A stretch of DNA of 64,000 nucleotides from NCBI RefSeq assembly GCF_009914755.1, contig NC_060931.1. One strand, given 5' to 3'. Made by a program: the position numbers and the translations under genes. Below the pieces are notes generated by a model that did no database searches, was not told the origin of the DNA, and saw only the letters and a program-made list of their open reading frames with translations. Every line of letters starts with the position of its first letter. The first letter of the stretch is position 1. The DNA comes from the human T2T-CHM13v2.0 reference genome, Homo sapiens. Below, one piece after another: positions 35,266 to 53,269 of the stretch.

Positions 35266-35567
35266 TTTTTTTTCTTTTTTGAGACAGGGTTTCATTTTGT
35301 TGCCCAGGCTGCAGTACAGTGTAATGATCACAGGCACTGTAGCCTCGACCTCCTGGGTTCAAGGGATCCACCTCAGCCTACTGAGTAACTGGGACCACAG
35401 GTGAATGCCACTATGCCTGCCTAGTGTTGTTTTTTTTTAATTTTTTTTTTTAATAGAGATGAGGGCTCCCTATGCTGTCCAAGCTAGTCTTTAACTCCTG
35501 TATTCAAGCGATCCACATGCCTCGGCCTCCCAAAATGCTGGGATTACAGGTGTGAGCCACCACACCA
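35266..35567 (-). mobile_element. AluJ
   Basis: Alu consensus; degenerate TSD gtca.ggtgtca.gaat. Confidence 0.9.
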
Positions 35568-37499
35568 AGTCATGGTGTCATGAATCTTATAGATAATGCT
35601 CATAACTCTAATAAATAATAAAACATGATTTTGAGTTGATTTTTCACCAGTGGTGACAAATGGCTATTAACCAATTACTTTCTTATCTGGCCCTAAAACA
35701 CAAAGAAGCCTTGTTTGTCATTGCTGTTCCCAGATGTATAGTTAATATACATTATATGATAATTTTATAAATTGGTATATAAGCAAGTGTATAAAAATAA
35801 ACATGCACATTATGTAGTCATGAATACATTTAAATGTTTACATTATGCATACACCTCTCTAAAGGAAATACTGAAGTCACCAATTTAATGGAAAAAATTC
35901 TCATCTACTTTAGGGATAGACATTGGACAAAACTTCACAAGTCTATATATTTCATTACATGTTTGTGATTAAACAGTGATGAGAATGACAGAGTTTCACA
36001 GGAATGTTCAACTTAATTGTGTCAAACATGTAACTGTCTATAAATTCTATAGGGACTGCATTATTCTATGGGGACATGAATAATGTTTTTAATACAAAAT
36101 TCCAGTTAACTGACTGGAGTAGACTAATCATTAATTCTAAAACATGCTTCTGGCAAATCCCTATCTACCCTGTATTTTCCCCCAAAGCATATATTAGCTA
36201 TGAGTAGCATGAATATAAAAGTTGTGGTTACCAAAACTTCTTTTTACTTCCCTCTTTCATTAACTATATTTGTTAATACACAAGGTTTGATCATAAATAG
36301 TAAAGTCAATTCACAAGTTAAGAAAAAAGATCTAAGTGTATTTCAAAACAGGATCCTTCATGTTCTTTGAGTAATCCAGGCAGCAAAGTCAGGAATGCTC
36401 ATGGGTGCTACTGGATATTAGTGCTAATTACTAATAATATGTACTTACAATTATGCCCTTTCATCCAAGTACCTCAAAGAGCTTTCATAGCATTAATTTG
36501 TTATTTCCTATAATATCTTTGAGAGGCGGCTGATAGAAAGTTATTATTATCTCTATTTTACAGTCAGAGAAACTAGGGCATAGAGAGGTTAAGTAACATT
36601 GCTAGGGTCATACGGTGAACAACTGACAAAAAAGGGACTCAAGCTAATTATTCTCATTTCCTGTTCAGTATATTATCCATTATATGGTTGTTCAATACAC
36701 CTAAATGCTTTTTTATCCTAGACAAATTGAGAATACTGTATTTAAATAATCTAAGACGTAAGTGAACGCGTTTCTCTTTTTTTGTGTGTTCAAAAATGCT
36801 GCTCTACAGGGATATAGAGTTAAAAACTAATAATTAGTCTTTGGTTTGCAGCTGTAGCTATTATTTATAGGGCTTTTACTATTTGTGGTTTTCTGAAGCT
36901 CTGCTCAAAATGAAGTATTCTATTTCTCACTGCTTTATGCTAGGTTAGCATAGCTGTGAGCCACCAAAAAGCAGCTGAGACAGGCTGACTAATGAATTTG
37001 AGGTTGTCTTTCATTGCGTTCCTATTGCTGACTCTTCTTGAAGTCATCCTCCTTCTAGCTCTCCATTCAGCAGATATTTGTGCAACCCACCATCCTCAAT
37101 CCTCAGCCTATGGCCAGCTTAACTGTTGTCAATGATTAAATTTAAAATATTTTTATTGGAATGGAGCAATTCCTACAGAATAAAAAAGAAAAAAATTAAA
37201 ATATTAAAATATAAACATAGATAATATTTCATTTTATGAGTTAATGATGCTATACTATTAATAGTTACCACTGTTACATCCAGTTTCTGCTAAACCTGAC
37301 CTTTAGGGTCCTTAGAAGACCATTAAACATTAGAATATTGGTCTATGGATGGACACATATCACCATATTGGGTTTTTTAATGCAGTATTTCAGTAATTTT
37401 CCCAAGTAAAGGCAGGGAGAAAGGAGAAGTGGTTTTGAAACTGTGCTCAATGACGTAAGACTGCAGTCAGCTTGGTTATGGTCATCTAAACCTGTGGTG

Positions 37500-38385
37500 T
37501 TTCCAACTTCAGCCCAGCTCCTCCCTAGAGCTCTAGACCCATATAGCAACCACCATTAGACAGCACCACTCTTACTTCACTCATCAACTCCAAAACTGAA
37601 CTCATTTTTTTTCTGCAAAAATGTCCCCTCCCAGGACTCATCCTAACTCTTCCTTATCTTATTTAGTAAAATACACCCTTATCCTGCCCCTCCCTCAAAG
37701 CAAAACAAGGCATCATCATTGCCTCTTCCATTCTCCTATCTGGCAGCTGCCCCTAGCAACCAATTACCAGTTGATATGGCCTCTTGAATATTTTAGGAAT
37801 CCATCTCCTTTGGATGCTCACTACCATTCACACAGGGTCCTTAAGTTTTCTCTTACTGGCTTCTGCAATGGCCCCCTTGTGGGCTCTCTGCTTATCCTTC
37901 TCTGCCCCCCCACCTCCACCCCCCCAAGTTATCTGTTCTCTACCAACAGAAGAATAGCTTAAATTGTAATCTGTCCACTCATTGCCTCACCAAGGCATAG
38001 ACGATTCGTGATTTGGCTCCTGTTTTCTTCTCCAGCCTCATCTTCTTCAGCAACCTAAGTTTGAACTTCAAGACCTGTAATTATTACTCATTCTTCTCAA
38101 CAAATTATTTGTCCCCGTGCTGCATCTCCTTTCTGTTCGGATCCGGATTTGCCATCCCACCCCTATTTTTGTAGTAGAAAATGCCTATTTATCTTTAAAA
38201 CTCTAACCTACGTTAGTAAAGCTATCCATTCTTCACGCTGTACATCTTGATAAACCATACTTCCAATAGCAATGATTTGCTTTCATGTATGTCTGCCCAC
38301 TAGACTGGACATTCCTTGAATGGCTCATACCAGGAATATAGTTGGTACTCAATTTGTGGGGAGCAAAGAGAGATAAGCGAATAAA
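37500..38385 (-). mobile_element. L2 remnant
   Basis: Pyrimidine-rich L2 motifs (ccaaaactgaactcat, cactagactggacattccttga, ggtactcaat). Confidence 0.6.
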
Positions 38386-39119
38386 TGTCAAGACATAAGA
38401 ATCTGTAGCTGCTAACTTAAATTTACGGATTTAGTGAAACTACTTCTCACAAGCTACCAAATCACAGTGCCATGGGGCCGCAAGATGATCTCAGTGCCAC
38501 ACCGACACCTGCAGAGTCGCAGGGGGGTCCGACACCCCTCAGAAAGAACTCGCAGACCGTCCGAGAAAGCGAATTCTCCAGGGGATCAGCAGTTAGATGA
38601 GGCCCAGGGCAGCCACGAGACCCTCCAGCCAGGGTAGGCGGCTGACCCGCCTCCTGGGATTTGGCCCGTGACAAGCCACGTCGCCAGCTCCGCTCTGAAT
38701 ACCCCCGGCCACGCCACACGAGCGGCCTCAACCCTGAGACGCCCAGGGAACATGAGCTGACCCTCTAGAAGCAAGATGGCGGCCTCCGCTCTCCCCTCCT
38801 TCCCCCAAGAACCCCCTCCTGGTCCCCAAAAGAAAGACAAGGACACCGCGGCAACGACGCCGAGATCCGGGAACCTCCGCGAGGCCCGCGGCCACTCCCG
38901 AGCCCCCGGGAGATGACTTCACCTCGCGGAGCTCAGAGAGCCGGGGGTGGGGCCGTCGGAAAGACAGCGCGGACAGCCCTCAGCTTGCAGGGGGCGGAGG
39001 CCGGGCAGCCTGCGCCCTCCGAGCCACTGTTCTGCGGCCCAGGCCCATGATCACCCTCCTCTCAGCCCACGGACAGGAAGTCGCTCCCCAGCTGCCCCGC
39101 CCCGCTCCCCAGCGCCCCG

Positions 39120-39383
39120 GAAGTGATCTGTGGCGGCTGCTGCAGAGCCGCCAGGAGGAGGGTGGATCTCCCCAGAGCAAAGCGTCGGAGTCCTCCTCCT
39201 CCTTCTCCTCCTCCTCCTCCTCCTCCTCCAGCCGCCCAGGCTCCCCCGCCACCCGTCAGACTCCTCCTTCGACCGCTCCCGGCGCGGGGCCTTCCAGGCG
39301 ACAAGGACCGAGTACCCTCCGGCCGGAGCCACGCAGCCGCGGCTTCCGGAGCCCTCGGGGCGGCGGACTGGCTCGCGGTGCAG
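39120..39383 (+). other. RALA: RALA exon 1 (non-coding 5'UTR); TSS approximate
   Basis: Matches my recollection of the RALA mRNA leader (..GGATCTCCCCAGAGCAAAGCGTCGGAGTCCTCCTCC..GACTGGCTCGCGGTGCAG). It contains no ATG and ends at a strong donor CAG|GTGAGC (39383/39384). Confidence 0.88.
39191..39229 (+). repeat. (TCC)4 TTC (TCC)8 trinucleotide repeat in the 5'UTR
   Basis: Read directly from the sequence. Confidence 0.97.
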
Positions 39384-42300
39384 GTGAGCGATGCCCGCTC
39401 GGGCCGCCCGGGGAGGGACTGGGGCCACCCGGGCGGCGGCGGGGGTGTGTCCGGGCGGCGGCGGGCCGAGGCCCTGACGCGGGTTCGGGCTGCCGAGATT
39501 GCACATCCCACGTTCTGCCCGGGGACGAGCTGCGAGATGAGCCCGGCTGGAATCCGGGGCACCGCGTTCGCCGCTGTGGGGCGAGTGAGCCCCCGAGAGT
39601 GAGCGGCTGCGGAGAGGTCCCCTGCGCCCGGCAGCCGGTCTCAGTTGGCCTCGTCCGAAGGTCACCCCGCACCTTTCGTCCACGGCGCCCAAGTTCCCGC
39701 CCGGGCGGTGCCCGCGACCTGGGGCAACCCGCTGCCGCCGCAGTCCCCGCGCCTCACTCCACCCCTCTCCCCTCCTTCCCTTTCTTTCCACTCCTTGCCT
39801 GTGCTAGAGCCGCTGCTTTTTAAGCATCTCCGCCAGGGTTTTTTGTTTGTTTGTTTTGTTTGTTTGTGTTTTTTTTTTTTTTTGCCAGTTAAAGGAATGG
39901 TTTTTCAGACTTAAAGTCATTAGACTCTCCGCACTGAACTGAATACCTGGCCTTGGGCGCTTGCACAGCTTTAGCCCATTTTCAGGTAATCTAGCTTCTA
40001 ATATGAGGAAGAGAATACATTTTGGGAGAGAGGTGTTTCCTCTGTGGTTCGTTTCTGAAAGATTTCCAGAAGTGGAAGATGTGATTGGCATGCTTTAGCC
40101 TGGATATATGTGTTTAAGTAGACGGGGGTGACGGCACACAGGGGTGGCAGTGTTGTTTCAGGATTTAGGGAGAATTAGGGAGTTAACTGGCCTGTGCTCG
40201 GAAACCTGAATGTCCAGACTTGTAAGAGCTCATCCAAGTGTGGCTGAGGTAGTGTGAGAAGTCCCGTGCCACGCCCTACGTGTCAAGCTGAAAAGCACCT
40301 AATTTACAAATTGTGTGGTGTGGGGGGGGAACAACCTTTATAAAACATGTATCATAAGTTAATTCTTTTCCAGAAAGTAAATTGCAACTTTAATCATATT
40401 CCAGAAATTGGATAACAGATTTCATTGGTAAACTCTTACAGTATGTTTATTAATGTATTTCAGTGTGTCTTATTAGCTCATGTTTTTCTGTCTCTGGTAA
40501 TACAATATTATTCTAAACCGACTCCTGTATTAAAATAATACACTATTATTGTGAAGTATTATCTGACAACACCGTTTTTTGACCTTGGATTTCTTTAGGG
40601 CAGGAGCCATGTCCTACTTATGACTGTTTCTATGCAGTATGCCTTGAACATAGAAGCTGTTCACACATTTCTGCACTGAATGAATGAGTGTATAGGTTAT
40701 CTCACAGTCACCATCCAGGAGTTGCTTATTTTTGTTGGGCTAGGCTGTTTGTTTTGTTTTAGGTTCTTGCCACTTACAGACTTTACTTCGTGTTTCATTC
40801 TTCAGCAGTCAGAGTTCTTTGCCTTCCAAAACTATCCTCCTCTGAAAGGTTAAAATTATATTAAAATTGTGCTGGGCATTATAACTTGTATTCTAGTGTT
40901 AAATGCTTACTACTTGAGCATATTCAGAGTTAGTAGGAAGAGACTGCCTGGTGATACACATCAAGTTTATGTTTGGGGTTGATAACTGTACCCTATCTTA
41001 ATGAAAAAGAGGAAATTAGGAGTTACCATTGTTTGGATAACGTGGTGCTTCCCAGAATGCTTATAGTGGTTCATTCTTCCCATGAATACACGCAATCCTC
41101 TGAAATCCTGATGTGACCTTGGCATGATTTACCAATAGCCTCTTTTACATTTATTTTCCAAGATCCAGATGCTGTTCTCTAGTGTGTTTGCTGAGTGTGC
41201 AATAATATGGATCATTTATTTTGAAGCAGTACTTCATTACAACACTTTCTTCACAGGGCTTTCCAAAGGAAGAAAGGGCTAATTATAGAAAAGAATCTTG
41301 TCTACCATTTGTGAGGGAATATTTTTGTCTGTAGATGGTTGGATTATTTTCACATTAGGGAGGTTCAAATAAGAAGAAAGTGCTGACGTTTTCTCTCCTC
41401 TCCAAGTATGTGGTGGTGGTCCTGCACTGTTTTTCCAAGCTTAGCTTCTACAGAACATAAATACATGTACCAGTGTCAATTCTTGTAGATATGCATATCA
41501 GTGTAATATGCATTTGTATTCTTTAGTAGATGAGTGGCAAGGACAATTACTTTTAAAATACTGGAATAAGAGGCTGTGAATGTTAATGAGGAAAAAGACT
41601 ATGATTTTGAAGGAGACAGTTTATGATTTTCATTGTTTTATAAAATATTTTAACTCTTAGACACTAAGGAGAGGGAAGCCAGCAATTTCTTACCTCAGTG
41701 ACATTACCACTATACAGAGGTTAGATTTTCCTTCTTTAATTCAGCAACCCTCTTGGTAATAAGAGTTCTCATGTGTTGATTGCCTGCCGAGCACTGTGAT
41801 AAGAGCTTTACTTAAATTATTTCTAATCTCCACAACACTTCTGCAAGACAGGTAGTTTTCCCATACTTTATTAAGGTAAATTGAAGTTATTTGCCAGAGG
41901 CTAGGCACCTAGCTTGTGTTTAGTAGAGCCTAGATTTGAAAGTAACAATTGCTGAGAGCACTGAGTATTATTGCAGTTAATCCTAAATGGCTGTGGAAAA
42001 GGCAGTTCTGACTGAGCTGGAACTGGAGCTTCAGGAAGGTGAAGATACTGATTCCTCTCTCTTGGACATCAAGTGTGGCCTGGGGTTGCCAGCAGTCCTG
42101 GCCAGGTGGCCTCAAGCAGCAGCCATTCTTCTCTTTTATCTTCAGCGTGCCTACAAATACAGTGTTATCACCGTCCATGTGTGCCATGATGGAAAAATGG
42201 TTGGGCATTTTTCCCGTGGGTGTCCCGGTAAAGTATTTGGACTCAATTCTGGTGTTTGATTAGTGCTTTTTAAAGTAACAGAATCGTCCCTATTTGAGAG

Positions 42301-43932
42301 GAATACCATAAATCTATTTGTAGTGACCTTTCCTTGAAATCACATTTTTTTTAGTTCGTTCTTTCACTAATGGAAATGGGGGAGAAGCTATGGGGGACAG
42401 TAGAAAGAATGGTAAAAGAAGCAGAGATGTGCTTGGTCTGTTTTTAACCGTTTGAGACCATTAATCATTTTCTCTGGGTTTAAGATGGAGGCTTAAAAGT
42501 GGCAGAAGTCTTGTAAGGGTTTAGCTGCTATTCAGTGCTGGTAGAATTCTCTTCCCTCCTAAGCCTGTGCACTTTTTAAAATGCACTTTTAAATAGGCTT
42601 AATTTGAAGAATGTGTCCATCTCTCTCTCTCTCTCTTTTTTTTTTTTAAAAGATGTACCCTTAAGTAAAAAACAGCTGATTGTCTGGCCCCCATAAGTAA
42701 CAGTTATTCTGTTTTTTCTTTAAGACATCTTTCTTATTACCTTATCGCATTCATAAGGATTTGGGTTGCCGTATAGAAAAAAAGAAATTAAAGTTCTATG
42801 GGTTTCTAAAATATGTATGAGTAAATTTTAGGTGAGAATTTGCATCTTTGATTTAATTATACGTGAAGGTGATGACTTAGTTTCTGAAAGTCAAGAGGGT
42901 AGTCTTTACAAGCCAAAAAAGGCATGCTTCCATAAAATTATACTATTCTTAAAGGCCTTCACAGCTAGGGTCCTATATTAGATGCAATAGATGTAACACT
43001 GACATACATAGTCTCCTTAAAGTCTGGGATCCAATTTTATTGCTGAATTTACTTTTGAAACTAAATGTCAGGGTTTGGTAATGTTATTTTGGACAATAAG
43101 ACATAGTTAGATTATAAAATGGCGTATACTCCCAGATTTATTGGGAAGGTGGGCAAAGATCCCCCAGTTTCCAAAAGTTATGATTATGGTCATCTAAGCC
43201 ACAGGATCTGTTTTCTTATGTAGTTGAGAAGCTAACATAGTACTCCATTAAAAGTGGAGGTTGCCACACTGCGTGACCAAACACTGAGTTCAGCTGCCCT
43301 GTCTAGATATTCTGGATTACTACAGCAGCCTTCTAGCCTATGGTTGGAACCCATCTGATACTTTTCCCATTCTTGCTTAGAACAATGGTGATATTTCTCT
43401 GCTTAAAATCCTCTTGTGGCTCTTTTTTGCCCATTAATAAAATTCAAACTCCATTTATCCTTAATCTCATATACAAAACCTTCAAGATGTGCTCCTTACC
43501 TAACTCTCTTTTTTCCCCTTTATCTTTCATATTTTTCATTTTTTTTCTTACCTAACCCTTTAGCCTTATCTCTCTTCTTGGATGATCTTTTGTTCTACCA
43601 ATACCCAGCTTCTGGAATGCTAGTGTTTGTTTACTCAGTCCTCCATTTCCTCTTCCTGGAATTCTAGCCTCTCTTCCTTCCCCTAATCTAGTATACTCCT
43701 ACTGGTCCTTCAGAACTCAGTTTAGGTTATAATTCTCCAAAAAATTACAATTAGGTTCTCTCTCTGGATCCCATCCCTCAAAAAACAAAAAACAAAAAAC
43801 CTTTAAGACTGGGCTGATTGCTTCTCTTATGTGCTGTCATAATATCTGTTACAGCTCTTAACTACACTGGAGAGAGTACTTTCATTAGCCTATTGTAAAT
43901 TTTGTTGACAGCAGTCCACAGTAACCTCATAA

Positions 43933-43934
<2 letters not shown>

Positions 43935-43969
<35 letters not shown>
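43935..43969 (+). repeat. (AC)17 microsatellite
   Basis: Read directly from the sequence. Confidence 0.97.
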
Positions 43970-43970
<1 letters not shown>

Positions 43971-44100
43971 TCTTTCTCTCTCTTAAAGGCCTTCTTCGTA
44001 GGCCTTTATCAGTCAAGTGCCCAAACTTTCTCAATTCATGGCACCCTTATTATCGCAGTAATTTTTTTCACAGCATCCCTAGGTCAAAAGAAACACCTAA

Positions 44101-47350
<3,250 letters not shown>

Positions 47351-47362
47351 CTAAGTTGACTA

Positions 47363-47775
47363 TGTTAGCCTCTTTTGCATTGCTATGAAAGTATACCTGT
47401 GACTGGGTAATTCATAAAGGAAAGAGATTTGTTTGGCTTACGGTTCTGCAGGCTGTACTGGCATGACACCAACATCTGCTTGGCGAGTTGAGGCCTCAGG
47501 AAGTTTTTACTCATGGAAGAAGGCGAAGGGTGAGCAGGTGTGACACATGGCAAAAGAAGAGTGAGAGAGAGGAGGAGGTTCTGGGCTCTTTTAAACAACC
47601 AGCTCTCATGTGAACTAATAGAGTAAGAACTTGCTCATTACTGTGAGGACAGCACCAAGCCATTCGTGAGGAATCTGCCCTATGACGGAAACATCCCCCG
47701 ACTAGGCCCGCCTCCAACCTTGGGAATTACATTTCAACATGAAACTTGGAAGAGACACACATCCAAATCATATCA
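47363..47775 (-). mobile_element. MST-type MaLR LTR
   Basis: gcattgctatgaaag..gactgggtaattcataaag..ggcctcaggaag..catttcaacatga. Confidence 0.87.
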
Positions 47776-48092
47776 ATTACTTCCATCATTGCTTCTCTCA
47801 GACTTTCCAGATATACTATTGTGTCATCTGTAAATAGTTTTTTTTCCTTCTTTTCCAGTGTTTATGCCTTTAACTATTTATCTAATTGCACTGACTAATA
47901 TCTCCAGAACAAGATTAAATAGCAGTGTAACAATGTCTTTAATAGAGGTACTGATTGCTTCATTGTATTATCTTCACCATGGATATACAAATGTGTACAT
48001 TTCAATGTAGATAATAGTTTGGCTATGTATATACCTTACAAGGGTTGCACACAGTCCTTCGCTGTGTCTTTAAGAGATGCTTATGGAGATTG

Positions 48093-48375
48093 GCTGGGCG
48101 TGGTGGCTAAGGCCTGTAATCCCAGTACTTTGGGAGGCTGAGGCTAGCAGGTAGCTTGAGCTCATGAGTTTGAGACCAGGTCGAGTAAGATGGTGAAACC
48201 CTGTCTCTACAAAAAGTACAAAAATTAGCTAAGTATGGTGGCATGTGCTTGTGGTCCCAGCTACTAGGGAGCTGAGGTGGGAGGATCACTTGAGCCCAGG
48301 AGGGGAGGCTTCAATGAGCTGAGATCATGCCACTGCACTCCAGGCTGGGTGACAGAGTGAGACCCCATCTCAATT
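48093..48375 (+). mobile_element. AluJ
   Basis: Alu consensus; degenerate TSD agat.ctta.ggagat. Confidence 0.9.
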
Positions 48376-48776
48376 TTTAAAAAATTAAATTTTAACAAAA
48401 GATACTTAAGGAGATGGATGTGGTAAGAAGCAGGAAAGGTCAACTTTCCTAGTGCATGGTAGGAAAATACGGTGTTTAGCATGGTAACTGCTCCATGGTT
48501 TCTCAGTTTATACAAGCAGCCCTGAGTTTTCTTGCTTCTCTACACAGTTTTCTGGATTTCATTTTGTTTTTTACCCAGCTAGTTATAGATGCCACAGGGT
48601 GACCTCCTTTTCCCTTCTAGGCTAAAGCTGTCATAGGTCTATGAAAATCTAGGGATTCCCTTCTAGGCTTCACAGTCTTAAGTGGTGTGTGTGCTTTGCA
48701 GATGAGCAAGGCTTGTTTTGTATTGATATGTTGCTGCCTTGACTTCTTGGATTTCTAGATCATATAGCAAGGTAAA

Positions 48777-49190
48777 TGTTAGTCTGTTCTCGCACTGCTA
48801 TAAAGACATACCCGAGAATGGGTAATTTATAAAGAAAAGAGGTTTAATTAACTCACAGTTCCACATGGCTGGGGAGGCCTCAGGAAACTTAAAATCATGG
48901 CAGAAGATGAAGCAGACGTGTCTTACATGTCAGCAGAAAAGAGAGAGAAGGGGAGAGAGAGAATGAGAATTCATGAGAGTGAGCAGGAGCGAGCATGTGC
49001 ATGCAAGAGCAGGAAAAACTGCCTTATAAAACCATCAGATCTCGTGAGAACTCACTGTCACGAGAACAGCATGGAGGAAACTGCTTCCATGATCCAGTCA
49101 CCTCCCACCTAGTCCCTCCCTCAACAAGTGGGGTTATGGCGATTATAATTCAAGATGAGATTTTGGTGGGGACACAGCCACACCCTATCA
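48777..49190 (-). mobile_element. THE1/MSTA MaLR LTR
   Basis: ttagtctgttctcgcactgctataaagacatacccgag..ttataaaaccatcagatctcgtgagaactcact..caagatgagattttggtggggacacag. Confidence 0.9.
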
Positions 49191-50544
49191 GCAGGTTTGT
49201 AATTAGATGAGTTTATCCACTGGGGGGTAATCCTAGAGTACATATCTGTGGGTGGTTCTTGACAAGTGTGTAAGGCCTGGGACATCTGGCTTTGAGGCAG
49301 TTCTTTCTCCAGGTTTTATTTATGCGAATCCACTCATCTGGCAGGAATGATTTGTTGGTGTGAAATCAGGTGTTGGCCCAGCATCCTGCACATGTTCCAT
49401 CCACATGGCAGTGATGGTCATTGCACACCAGTGCTTGGTCTCCCAAGTTCTGGAGAGTGTTTTTATTTCACTGCCATCTAATTTATCCAGAAAGTTCAAG
49501 TAGCGTATTTTCTGTAGATTCTTATAATTTCAAGATTACCAGGTCCCTGTGTGAACTCTCAGACCACATCCTGTTGCCTTTCTCTGTCATTCTATTGTTT
49601 TCTCTCCCAGGAGGGCTGGGTGGTAGGGTATTTATTAATTTATTGCCCCATATACTAATGAGTTCCTTCCTAGAACTCCTTACAACTCTCAGTCCATGGC
49701 CTGTTGTCCATCTTTGCTGTCCCAGGAGTGCTGGTAGGTAGAGTATTTAATGATCTCTTCTTGTCCCTAGGTTGAGGAGCCCTCACTCACCTTGGTCCAT
49801 TCCTTGGTCCATTCCAGCTGTCTGTTTTCACTTTTCCTGTGACCCATGTCACCTTTTTCTCTCTGGGTCTTGCTGCCTCACTGGTATGAAATTCAGACTT
49901 GGGTGGGGCAGACTTGGGGGTTTCCTGCCTTGAAGATCCTCAGATCTTGTCCTGTGGTACATGCAGCTACCCTGATGGCACACTTCAGCAGGAGGGTGAT
50001 CTTTTCTGTTCTTTTTTGTTGTTGTCTTATTTCCTCTGCCTGCCCCCACCATTTTTAGTCTGAGGGAAATCTGTCTTCCATCATCTTTCTGCCTAAAATA
50101 TTTAGTCCATCCCCAGAAGTCTTAGGTTTCTGGGACACCAGCCCTAGTCATTTAATGTTTGAATAATTGGTAACCTTCCCACTACCCTATTAATCTCCAA
50201 GGTCTTCCTATTTCTTATGTCTACATAATACAGCTAAGACAATTCTCGGTGCCTGCTACTTCATTCTTATTTGCTGCTTGTGATTTTCAGTAGCTTTCTT
50301 AGTCCCTAAGAATAAAATAAAACTTGATCATTTTGTTGCTATTTGTTGCCATTTGTTGCTATGCTTATTTATTTTTATGTTTTGTTTTGATCCAGTTCAT
50401 AAAATCCATTTCTTTGTTTTGTTAAAGTTTCTACTTATCTGGTTACAACTGCTTGTCTTTTTTGCACATTCATTGGTCATTTATATTTCTTAGCCTGTGA
50501 ATTGTCTTTATTTCCTTTGCTTATTATTTTTCTGTAGTGAGGAC

Positions 50545-51965
<1,421 letters not shown>

Positions 51966-52206
51966 TATAATTTCTGTCTTCCTTCATCTGCTGGGATACT
52001 TTGAGCTCACCTATGTTTATTAAGTTATCTATATTTTAGCATATCGTGTATGCCTTTTCTTCTTAGATCTCTAAGTTTGAGGTCCAGTCCCAAGAACACT
52101 TTCTTCGTTGTAAAAACTATAAACATGACTTTTTGTTTGAACTTCCAGGTGGACTTTCTTTTTGATTCATCAACAAAATTTCTGTTTTACGTTTGTGTGT
52201 TTGATG

Positions 52207-52585
52207 TTATACTAGTTTGTTCTCTCACTGCTATAAAGAACTACCTGAGACTGGGTAATTTATGAAGAGAAGAGGTTTAATTGACTCAGAGTTCTGCAAA
52301 CTTAACAAGAATCATGACCGGGAGCCCTCAGGAGACTTACAATCATGGCGGAAAGCAAAGGGGAAGCAAGCACATTCTCATTATGGTGGAGCAGGAGAGA
52401 GACACGGGGGCAAGGAAGTGCTACACTTTTAAACCATCAGATCTCATGAGAACTCACTATCACTAGAACAGCATGGGGGAAACCACCCCCATGATCCAGT
52501 CACCTCCTACCAGGTCCATCCCCTGATGTGGGGATTACAAATTGACATGAGATTTTGGTGAGGGCACAGAGTCAAACCCTATCAG
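52207..52585 (-). mobile_element. MSTA MaLR LTR
   Basis: ctgctataaagaactacctgagactgggtaatttat..aaaccatcagatctcatgagaactcactatcac. Confidence 0.9.
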
Positions 52586-53269
52586 ATGAGTTTCAAGCTA
52601 TTAAAAACATTAAATTGTTAAAAGCACACTGTTAAAATTTGTGGTATAGCAAATAGAATGTTTAAGAGTAATGAAGGGGAATTATTCATAGTGAATACTG
52701 ACATTGTCTAAGTGAATTTTTAGTGCAGTGTTGACTACATAATTGAGGAGTCCCAGTTATAGCCAAAGTAACCCAAAATGATGCTAGGTTTAATCCTATA
52801 TTTCTGTCCCTATTAACAGGAAGGTACAAAGTGTGACTAATTTTTTTTAATGGAACCTGCACTTTTGTATACATTATCCTTGTTTGATCTTTATTATCAG
52901 CCAAGAGATATAGAGAGGACGGCTATTCTTCCACATTTATTAACCTTCATTCAACAATTCTTTTGAACACACCTGTAACTTAAAGATTTTAGCACCAATT
53001 CATTATGTTACTTTGACTTAAGTAATACTTCAAAAAGTATTCCTTAACAATAGCATTTTTTGTAAAGCTTTAAGTGGTTCAGTCTCTGAATAATTATTTT
53101 ATACTTTTAGTTTCATTTGTTCCCTCTGTTAGTTTCAGTATGTTAACACAGGTAGACCAAAAAGATGACAGTATTTATACACCAACTATGTGCTTCTTTC
53201 TAAATGCACAGATAACTGTATTGGTGATTCCATTTACATTTGGTTAGGTTTCAAATGAGAGTGCTATTT

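Larger units (their letters stand above)
38470..39830. promoter_or_regulatory. RALA: CpG island / TATA-less promoter of RALA
   Basis: Sharp GC/CpG-rich block in AT-rich surroundings. Motifs: YY1 CAAGATGGCGGC 38772-38783, GC boxes 38990-39000 and 39095-39104, ETS/GABPA CAGGAAGT 39074-39081 and CCGGAAGTG 39117-39125. Confidence 0.93.

Noticed and set aside
38434-39914. Many long overlapping ORFs (up to 258 aa) on both strands
   Set aside because: Stop-codon depletion in a CpG island; low-complexity Pro/Arg/Gly/Ser peptides that run through the exon 1 splice donor.
41987-42259. 90-aa ATG ORF in intron 1
   Set aside because: No recognisable homology or exon boundaries; the 3' half resembles a decayed hAT MITE end.
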